A stretch of 64,000 bases of DNA from a virus (Duplodnaviria; Caudoviricetes), in IMG/VR virus record IMGVR_UViG_3300031555_010338. One strand, given 5' to 3'. Made by a program: the position numbers and the translations under genes. Below the pieces are notes generated by a model. The model ran no database searches. It was not told the origin of the DNA and worked only from the letters and a program-made list of their open reading frames with translations. Shown piece after piece: positions 42,073 to 48,293 of the stretch (position 1 is the first letter of the stretch; every line of letters begins with the position of its first letter).

Positions 42073-43038
42073 TCAGTCCTCCTTAGAAAGACTGAACTCC
42101 TTATCCAGCTCCTTAGAACCGGTCAGAAGATTCTTCAAAGGTCTAAAAATAAATCTGCTTGCATATGAGCCAAGACCATCTGAGTCGTGATACAAACTTT
42201 TATCCTTGTAATACTCTGCCGGCGTATGTTTCTCAATATCAGATATCCATACACCAAGCGGATCTAACTTGACCGCATCTTCCTTTTTCTGCTTTCGATC
42301 TTCAAGCTCAGTCGTAGCAGCATTGATATACTCCTTATAAGTTTTAGCAAGAGCGCCAATACCAGTATCTCCATTCTGTACATACTTTTGGAGCTGGAGC
42401 TTCAAATAACAAATGCTTTTATAAAGCTCTTCTTGTCGCTTATCTTCTGGAATGCCATACTTTGCCGCCCAATCGTCATACTCATACTGAAGTGTTTCAT
42501 AATCCTGGTCGCTAAATCCAAGGCCAAATAGCTTAACCGTCTCAATCGGAGTGCCGATTGATGGGTTGTCTTGAACCTCTTGAATAGATGAAGCATTCTC
42601 CACCTTATTTGCCTCACGATAAAGAATTGTGTCCGCATAAGATGCGCCTTTTGTCTGAGACAAATTAAGCTTAGAGAAATAAACGCTTACCTTACTACGA
42701 TTGCTCTGCGGATGCTTCTTAGCATTCGCCCAGGCCGTCTCGTCAAAACAGGTGTTAATGGTAGCACACAAAAGCTCCATAGCCTTGTCTTGATCGCCAC
42801 CAAAAACCTCATCTCTGTAATATTCAAATGATTTATCCAAACAGCGTTTGCAAACATGAAGATAACCGCCGTTTTTCTCATAATACGGGGACGGAGATAC
42901 ATTGAAGTTGTCCTTCTGTCTCGTATATCCTTTGCCACATGCAGTACAGTGGTATGGATATTTGTCAACGCTGTCAAAAGTCAGCTTTTCAGATTTCGTC
43001 CCTTTTGCGCTACTGGTCTTTTTAACATCGCCTGCCAC
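42073..43038 (-). CDS. Zinc-finger protein upstream of terminase (small terminase candidate)
   Basis: CTACG...CKRC; start moved to GTG 43038 (AAGGAGG), avoiding overlap with tRNA-Lys. Confidence 0.6.
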   Translation of the reverse strand: MAGDVKKTSSAKGTKSEKLTFDSVDKYPYHCTACGKGYTRQKDNFNVSPSPYYEKNGGYLHVCKRCLDKSFEYYRDEVFGGDQDKAMELLCATINTCFDETAWANAKKHPQSNRSKVSVYFSKLNLSQTKGASYADTILYREANKVENASSIQEVQDNPSIGTPIETVKLFGLGFSDQDYETLQYEYDDWAAKYGIPEDKRQEELYKSICYLKLQLQKYVQNGDTGIGALAKTYKEYINAATTELEDRKQKKEDAVKLDPLGVWISDIEKHTPAEYYKDKSLYHDSDGLGSYASRFIFRPLKNLLTGSKELDKEFSLSKED

Positions 43039-43094
43039 GCTCCGTCCTCCTTTCGTTTCAAAATAAAAAAAACACACGATTTCTCGTGTGTTGC

Positions 43095-43170
43095 TGGTGC
43101 GCCTGAAGGGAGTTGAACCCCCGACCATCGGCTTAAAAGGCCGCTACTCTACCAACTGAGTTACAGGCGC
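43095..43170 (-). tRNA. tRNA-Lys(UUU)
   Basis: Cloverleaf, loop CU-UUU-AA, encoded CCA. Confidence 0.92.
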
Positions 43171-43233
43171 ATACTTCCGGTTTGCACGGTTTCCCCCACT
43201 TATTTAACGTCCATTGGTGACTCTCTTTAGACA

Positions 43234-43302
43234 CAAGACATGACATATTTGACCAAAAATATGATTTGAAATGGTGGTTCAAGAAATTGCTGTACATGCC
43301 TT
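43234..43302 (-). ncRNA. ACAGCAA stem motif, copy A
   Basis: aaggcat-gt-ACAGCAA...atgtctt-g. Confidence 0.6.
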
Positions 43303-43305
43303 TAT

Positions 43306-43382
43306 TGGTGGATCGGGAAGGTAACGATCCTTCATCCTACGGTTTTTCAGACCGTCGCTCAGACCTCATAAGCTACCGATCC
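43306..43382 (-). tRNA. tRNA-Phe(GAA)
   Basis: acggt-CU-GAA-AA-accgt; atypical T loop AUCGUUA; CCA. Confidence 0.85.
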
Positions 43383-43421
43383 ATATAAACCCAGAGCGCC
43401 GTAGCGCATCTGAGTATGATC

Positions 43422-43514
43422 TGGCGGCGGAAGTAGGACTCGAACCCACAAGCCGCTCATCACGGCCAACAGTTTTCAAGACTGCTCCCCGCACCTACTG
43501 GGGTCAATTCCGCC
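43422..43514 (-). tRNA. tRNA-Ser(UGA)
   Basis: gcagt-CU-UGA-AA-actgt, long variable arm, G73, CCA. Confidence 0.88.
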
Positions 43515-43519
43515 ATATA

Positions 43520-43637
43520 TGGTGGGTGAGGGTGGATTTGAACACACCGAACGGTTGTCAACCGATCTCTTTTACGAAGTAGGGCGACACTCCTACTCTG
43601 CCGGCGAGACTCCTTTGACCTCTTGGTTACTACACCC
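43520..43637 (-). tRNA. Aberrant Tyr-like tRNA with 36-nt anticodon loop (intron-containing or tRNA-like RNA)
   Basis: Acceptor, D, variable and T arms and ACCA recognisable; anticodon loop holds an extra hairpin and ends UCGUAAAA. Confidence 0.55.
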
Positions 43638-43642
43638 ATATT

Positions 43643-43729
43643 TGGTAGGGGAGGTGGGAGTCGAACCCACTCAGCCCGAAAGCAACGGTTTTACAGACCG
43701 CCCCAGCTCTCCGACTCTGGCGCTCCCCT
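43643..43729 (-). tRNA. tRNA-Tyr(GUA)
   Basis: gcggt-CU-GUA-AA-accgt, variable arm, CCA. Confidence 0.88.
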
Positions 43730-43891
43730 ATATCAAGTGCGGCTTCATGACATTTCAGAGGCGCAAAGCCGCAACGCTTTCTCTCCTACTGCCAGCTATT
43801 TCTCCCATAGCCAGGGCGCACTATCCTTGCGAATAGCTAAATACGCCGAACATCCTATTGGAGCGCTTTCACCTTGCGGGACTTCTATTGC

Positions 43892-44737
43892 TTAATTGCC
43901 GGTAGAATTTGAACCATTAACCGTGGCGTATGCTTTTACTGTATTTTTCAGCAATGCAACTCTGGTCATCAGGCCAACGCCGCCAGGAACCGGAGTAATC
44001 GCACTACACTTCTCGCTTACCGATGCAAAATCAACATCACCGCAAAGCTTACTATCTTCGCCTCTATTGATTCCAACATCCACAACAACCGCGCCATCCT
44101 TTACCATATCAGCCATAAGGAAACCAGGCTTCCCAACTGCACAAACGATAATATCTGCGTTTCGTGTGTAAGTAGAAATGTCTTTTGTTTTTGAATGACA
44201 TGTCGTTACAGTGCCACCCATACTGGTCAGCAATGCAGACATAGGTTTTCCAACAACATCACTTCTGCCGATCACAACACAATTCTTTCCCTCGACTTTA
44301 ATATCAAAGGCTTCCAGCAGATCAACAATACCAGAAGGTGTACACGGCATAAACGTCGGCCTACCAAGAACCAGCTTGCCAACACTCTCAGCCCTAAAGC
44401 AGTCCACATCTTTTTCTGGGTGGATATGCTCAATTACTGCGTTCTTGTCGATATGCTGCGGAAGAGGAAGCTGCACCAAAATACCGTCAACATCGTTTCG
44501 ATGATTTAGCGTCTGTACAGCGACAATTAAATCGCTTTGAGCTACTGTATCGTCAAAACGATATACACGGCAATCAATACCGCATTCCTCGCAATCCTTC
44601 TCCTTACCTCTGACATAAGCCTGAGAAGCAGGATTGTTACCTACCATGATTACGGCAAGCTTTGGTGGTCTTGCGAAGTTAGATATCGTTCTTCTTATTT
44701 TTTCTTTTTCTCTTGCGGCAACTTCCTTGCCGCTCAT
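43892..44737 (-). CDS. folD: Bifunctional methylenetetrahydrofolate dehydrogenase/cyclohydrolase
   Basis: YVRGK, GILVQLPLP, KDVD, PCTP, VIGRS.VVGKP, DVGIN, ITPVPGGVG. Confidence 0.95.
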   Translation of the reverse strand: MSGKEVAAREKEKIRRTISNFARPPKLAVIMVGNNPASQAYVRGKEKDCEECGIDCRVYRFDDTVAQSDLIVAVQTLNHRNDVDGILVQLPLPQHIDKNAVIEHIHPEKDVDCFRAESVGKLVLGRPTFMPCTPSGIVDLLEAFDIKVEGKNCVVIGRSDVVGKPMSALLTSMGGTVTTCHSKTKDISTYTRNADIIVCAVGKPGFLMADMVKDGAVVVDVGINRGEDSKLCGDVDFASVSEKCSAITPVPGGVGLMTRVALLKNTVKAYATVNGSNSTGN

Positions 44738-44775
44738 CAGAATGTAACTAATAGAAATCAGTCCTTACATGAATT

Positions 44776-44867
44776 TGGTGCCGGCAGTAGGACTCGAACC
44801 CACAACCTGCCGCTTATCTGGCGCAACGGGGTATAATTCCGCTGCTCTACCATTGAGCTATGCCGGC
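44776..44867 (-). tRNA. tRNA-Ile(UAU) with long variable arm
   Basis: Loop AU-UAU-AC; extra arm with loop CA-GAU-AA; A73, CCA. Confidence 0.75.
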
Positions 44868-44874
44868 ATACAGT

Positions 44875-44949
44875 TGGTGCGGGTGGAGGGAATTGAACCC
44901 ACGACCTTGTGATTAAGAGTCACCTGCTCTACCGCTGAGCTACACCCGC
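44875..44949 (-). tRNA. tRNA-Lys(CUU)
   Basis: Loop CU-CUU-AA, CCA. Confidence 0.92.
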
Positions 44950-44968
44950 AAACATGGATGAAAGAAGA

Positions 44969-45074
44969 CAAGACACATAAGAAAGGGAGGTGAATGAAAG
45001 AAAGGAGCTGCTTATGGAGAAAGCACATTGTAAAAAACATAGTTTTGATTTTGTTATTTTGCTGTGTGTGTCTT
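44969..45074 (-). ncRNA. ACAGCAA stem motif, copy B
   Basis: aagacac-ac-ACAGCAA...gtgtctt-g. Confidence 0.6.
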
Positions 45075-45081
45075 TGTTGTT

Positions 45082-45156
45082 TGGCAGGAGCTGAAGGACT
45101 CGAACCCTCACGAACAGTTTTGGAGACTGTCATGCTACCGATTACATCAAGCTCCT
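45082..45156 (-). tRNA. tRNA-Trp(CCA)
   Basis: acagt-CU-CCA-AA-actgt. Confidence 0.92.
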
Positions 45157-45157
45157 A

Positions 45158-45235
45158 TGGGGTGGATGACGGAACTCGAATCCGCGACCTTTGGAGCCAC
45201 AATCCAACGCTCTAAGCCATCTGAGCTACATCCAC
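45158..45235 (-). tRNA. tRNA-His(GUG)
   Basis: ttgga-UU-GUG-GC-tccaa, C73; no encoded G-1. Confidence 0.9.
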
Positions 45236-45236
45236 A

Positions 45237-45313
45237 TGGCGACGCATACGGGACTTGAACCCGTGACCTCCGGCGTGACAGGCCGGCGTTCTACTCTTCT
45301 GAACTAATGCGCC
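45237..45313 (-). tRNA. tRNA-Asp(GUC)
   Basis: ccggc-CU-GUC-AC-gccgg. Confidence 0.92.
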
Positions 45314-45317
45314 ATAT

Positions 45318-45394
45318 TGGTGATGCGTATGGGGCTTGAACCCATAAATTCCAGCGTGAAAGGCTGGTGACTCTACCAATTCGTCCAACGCACC
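45318..45394 (-). tRNA. tRNA-Glu(UUC)
   Basis: ccagc-CU-UUC-AC-gctgg. Confidence 0.92.
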
Positions 45395-45398
45395 ATAT

Positions 45399-45485
45399 TG
45401 GTACTGCTAATGGGACTTGAACCCATACGAGATTTCTCCCACCAGCCCCTCAAGCTGGCGTGTCTGCCTATTCCACCATAGCAGC
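45399..45485 (-). tRNA. tRNA-Leu(GAG)
   Basis: ccagc-UU-GAG-GG-gctgg, variable arm. Confidence 0.9.
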
Positions 45486-45490
45486 ATATT

Positions 45491-45745
45491 TTATTCATTC
45501 CAATCAATTAGGGGATATAGATCGTAGGGTGAATTACCAGTTACCAACTTCTCATATCCTCCATCCACAATGCGCCAAAGCGTATGCTTTTTCTTTTCTG
45601 GATTTTGACTGATCTGATATTGCTTACCAGACTTTGTTTTACACAACACACCAGTACCGCATTCAGAAGCTGGAAGTTTCTTGACAACCTTTGATGTCTT
45701 TTCTTTTACAACATTTGCTGCCTTTCTCGGCATATATTCACCCAC
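45491..45745 (-). CDS. Small basic hypothetical protein within tRNA array
   Basis: 84-aa ORF filling a gap between tRNAs. Confidence 0.6.
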   Translation of the reverse strand: MGEYMPRKAANVVKEKTSKVVKKLPASECGTGVLCKTKSGKQYQISQNPEKKKHTLWRIVDGGYEKLVTGNSPYDLYPLIDWNE

Positions 45746-45861
45746 TTATATATAATGGCAAGGCGCTTCCAGTTGGAAGCCTTATTACGGCAAGCGGGTC
45801 ATGAATCCGCAATTTCTGCTATAACAACTTGTGCGCACAAGCCCCTTCGCAGATCCACCTC

Positions 45862-45938
45862 TGGTACTCCCAACGGGACTCGAACCCGTATTACCGGCTT
45901 GAGAGGCCAGCCTCCTATTCCAGTTAGAGGATGGGAGC
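45862..45938 (-). tRNA. tRNA-Glu(CUC)
   Basis: ctggc-CU-CUC-AA-gccgg. Confidence 0.9.
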
Positions 45939-45949
45939 ATATAAACAAA

Positions 45950-46040
45950 TGGCTGGGGTAGCAGGACTCGAACCTGCGGACGAGGGTAAACCTCTTGTCG
46001 GAGTCAAAGTCCGATGCCTTACCAACTTGGCGATACCCCA
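45950..46040 (-). tRNA. tRNA-Gln(UUG) with non-canonical long variable arm
   Basis: tcgga-CU-UUG-AC-tccga, U1-A72, G73; extra gagg-tttac-cctc hairpin. Confidence 0.85.
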
Positions 46041-46047
46041 ATATAAA

Positions 46048-46124
46048 TGGTACGCCAGAGAGGACTCGAACCCCCAACCGTAGGATTAGAAATCCCATGC
46101 TCTGTCCAGTTGAGCTACTGGCGC
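46048..46124 (-). tRNA. tRNA-Arg(UCU)
   Basis: tggga-UU-UCU-AA-tccta. Confidence 0.92.
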
Positions 46125-46127
46125 ATA

Positions 46128-46201
46128 TGGAGATACCGATAGGATTTGAACCTATGATCCTGGGGTTGCAACCCAGAGCCTTCCCACTTGGCTACGGTAT
46201 C
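46128..46201 (-). tRNA. tRNA-Cys(GCA)
   Basis: ctggg-UU-GCA-AC-cccag, U73. Confidence 0.92.
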
Positions 46202-46205
46202 ATAT

Positions 46206-46282
46206 TGGTACGCCTGGGAAGACTCGAACTCCCGACACATCGGTTCGTAGCCGATTGCTCTATTCCACTGAGCTACAGGCGC
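46206..46282 (-). tRNA. tRNA-Arg(ACG)
   Basis: atcgg-CU-ACG-AA-ccgat. Confidence 0.92.
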
Positions 46283-46399
46283 ATAAAAGAAGGAGCCTAA
46301 ACAGCGCCAACAATGCCTTACACATCGGCTGTCGCCATCCAATAGGAAGTCTCAGGGTTACTGGTTTGCTCCTTGGCCTACTAAAAACCCTTGTTCGGT

Positions 46400-46487
46400 T
46401 GGTGCTGGCGGTGGGACTTGAACCCACACGGTATTGCTACCAACGGATTTTGAGTCCGCCGCGTCTGCCGATTCCGACCACGCCAGC
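46400..46487 (-). tRNA. tRNA-Leu(CAA)
   Basis: gcgga-CU-CAA-AA-tccgt, variable arm. Confidence 0.9.
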
Positions 46488-46494
46488 ATAAAAA

Positions 46495-46562
46495 CAGAGC
46501 GCCTTGTTTTGGTTGTATCAGTTAAAAGTTGATTCCAGAAAGAAAGTTGCTGTAAGCGCTCT
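46495..46562 (-). ncRNA. ACAGCAA stem motif, copy C
   Basis: agagcgc-tt-ACAGCAA...gcgctct-g. Confidence 0.6.
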
Positions 46563-46566
46563 TGAA

Positions 46567-46653
46567 TGGTACAGGAGACAGGACTTGAACCTGCACGACC
46601 TTGCGGCCAATAGACTCTGAATCTACCGCGTCTGCCAATTCCGCCACACCTGC
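46567..46653 (-). tRNA. tRNA-Leu(CAG)
   Basis: gtaga-UU-CAG-AG-tctat, variable arm. Confidence 0.9.
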
Positions 46654-46659
46654 ATATTG

Positions 46660-46735
46660 TGGAGTAGATGACGAGACTTGAACTCGCAACAGCCAGCTTG
46701 GAAGGCTGGAACTCTACCAGTTGAGCTACATCTAC
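46660..46735 (-). tRNA. tRNA-Gly(UCC)
   Basis: ccagc-CU-UCC-AA-gctgg, U73. Confidence 0.92.
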
Positions 46736-46738
46736 AAA

Positions 46739-46814
46739 TGGTACACGATGACGGGATCGAACCGCCGACATCATCCTTGTAAGGGACGCGCTCTCCCTGC
46801 TGAGCTAATCGTGC
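46739..46814 (-). tRNA. tRNA-Val(UAC)
   Basis: cgtcc-CU-UAC-AA-ggatg. Confidence 0.92.
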
Positions 46815-46977
46815 GTATTGGCCTACTCACACCGCAGGCCGTGGTGTCGGCTCGTACTTCGCCCACCGATTTGCGTCGGTTTTACTCCCAAAACCTTGTA
46901 AAAGTCATCACTGCCAGATGTGAAGGTTTCCATTTCCCATTCAGTTTACAGTCTCCGCTCTGTTTGTGGGACGGGCA

Positions 46978-47052
46978 TGGTTGCGGGGGTGGGACTCGAA
47001 CCCACGATTCCCAGCTTATGAGGCTGGTGAGATGCCGCTTCTCTACCCCGCA
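46978..47052 (-). tRNA. tRNA-Met(CAU), initiator-like acceptor stem
   Basis: ccagc-CU-CAU-AA-gctgg; acceptor tgcgggg/ccccgca; lacks the three G-C anticodon-stem pairs of fMet. Confidence 0.85.
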
Positions 47053-47175
47053 ATATATACCGTGGATAGACCACGGGCATACGGCGTTGCGCCTAATGTG
47101 TTTGATGACAGTTCTAAAATCAGCACCAGTGCAGGCACTGGCCTCTTCTAAACTCCCTGTCATGTTTTGTTCTGC

Positions 47176-47251
47176 TGGCTGGCATGGTGGGACTCGAACC
47201 CACGACATACGGATTAACAGTCCGCCGTTCTACCAACTGGACTACACGCCA
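47176..47251 (-). tRNA. tRNA-Asn(GUU)
   Basis: gcgga-CU-GUU-AA-tccgt. Confidence 0.92.
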
Positions 47252-47259
47252 ATATCTAA

Positions 47260-47371
47260 CGAGACGCATCAATTCCATTTTGTGAAAACACCTCGGCGTT
47301 TACCGCCGAAACTTGATAAATTCAAACTTACCTTTTTTCTTCATCATATAGAAAGTTGCTGTTCGCGTCTC
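47260..47371 (-). ncRNA. ACAGCAA stem motif, copy D
   Basis: gagacgc-ga-ACAGCAA...gcgtctc-g. Confidence 0.6.
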
Positions 47372-47381
47372 TATGTATGTT

Positions 47382-47438
47382 CAAGGCACATCATCTTCTT
47401 TTACCGCAAAAAGTATGTAGTGTTGCTGTTCGTGCCTT
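47382..47438 (-). ncRNA. ACAGCAA stem motif, copy E
   Basis: aaggcac-ga-ACAGCAA...gtgcctt-g. Confidence 0.6.
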
Positions 47439-47463
47439 TGTTATTTTGCGCGGAATTTCCGCG

Positions 47464-47539
47464 TGGTCTGAGTGGTGGGGATCAAACCCACGGCCTCGTG
47501 ATCCCAAATCACGCGCTCTATCATCTGAGCTACACCCAG
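47464..47539 (-). tRNA. tRNA-Pro(UGG)
   Basis: cgtga-UU-UGG-GA-tcacg. Confidence 0.9.
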
Positions 47540-47544
47540 ATATT

Positions 47545-47965
47545 TGGTGGAGTAGGCGGGAATCGAACCCGCGTCCGAAATTCCTACATGTACAAAACAT
47601 TCTTACGCAATAGTCGATAGTTTCTGCATTTACCGAATGGAAGGCTGCTTAGATGATCGACACAACAAATGCCCAGGGCGCACCGGTTTAGTGGCCTCCA
47701 CCACCTTGTTTCTTTTCACAGTGACAAGGAAAACTGCAATGCTGGCTGAATCATTATCCTCAGACGCTCACCCAACCAGAGGTGCGTCGTTTTGGTATCC
47801 GAACTGCTGTTAAGCAGCAACCCTCTCTGCCACACAAGCGGCCAGTGCAGGATGGATCATAACGAAAACTTCAGTGTTGTCATTTCATTTTTGTTTGAGC
47901 CGTAAGGAGGACTCATACCTGCGTGTTTTGCACTCTCAAAACCCCGTCGAACCCATTACTACCCC
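47545..47965 (-). ncRNA. ssrA: tmRNA
   Basis: 5' GGGGUAGUAAUGGGUUCGAC; 3' UUCGGACGCGGGUUCGAUUCCCGCCUACUCCACCA; G3-U70 pair; tag ORF ending VAA*. Confidence 0.92.
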
Positions 47966-47979
47966 ATATTAAATTGTAG

Positions 47980-48055
47980 TGGTCGAGACGAATGGGATTG
48001 AACCATTGACCTTTCGATTATCAATCGAATGCTCTACCAACTGAGCTACGCCTCG
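47980..48055 (-). tRNA. tRNA-Ile(GAU)
   Basis: ttcga-UU-GAU-AA-tcgaa. Confidence 0.92.
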
Positions 48056-48172
48056 ATATTAGGCCATGCGTCCGAAAAACCTCGTCTGCAGCCGATAGGT
48101 TTTTAGCTGAGATAGCAGTAAAAGTAATGAGCTGAACCGCACAAACGCTAACATAACCAACATGGCACATTC

Positions 48173-48248
48173 TGGTGGAACTGATGGGGGTCGAACCCAC
48201 GACCTCCTGCTTGCAAGGCAGGCGCTCTCCCAACTGAGCTACAGCCCC
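48173..48248 (-). tRNA. tRNA-Ala(UGC)
   Basis: cctgc-CU-UGC-AA-gcagg, G3-U70. Confidence 0.93.
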
Positions 48249-48254
48249 AGGTAT

Positions 48255-48276
48255 TCCCGCCCCTTTCGGGGCAGGA
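48255..48276 (-). promoter_or_regulatory. GC-rich hairpin (GAAA loop) downstream of VR2, probable DGR target-recognition hairpin
   Basis: tcctgcccc-gaaa-ggggcggga, 17 nt after the stop codon. Confidence 0.6.
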
Positions 48277-48293
48277 GTTTTTAGGTTATAAGG

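Noticed and set aside
20137-42190. Long plus-strand ORFs (e.g. 23863-24840, 36893-37999)
   Set aside because: Antisense shadows of well-supported minus-strand structural genes
43422-43514. tRNA-Sec or a stop-suppressor tRNA
   Set aside because: Anticodon is UGA (Ser), not UCA; no CUA/UUA/UCA anticodons were found and ORFs are intact under the standard code
43234-47438. ACAGCAA elements as a CRISPR array or terminators
   Set aside because: Irregular spacing, non-identical stems, no cas genes, long interiors and no consistent U-tract
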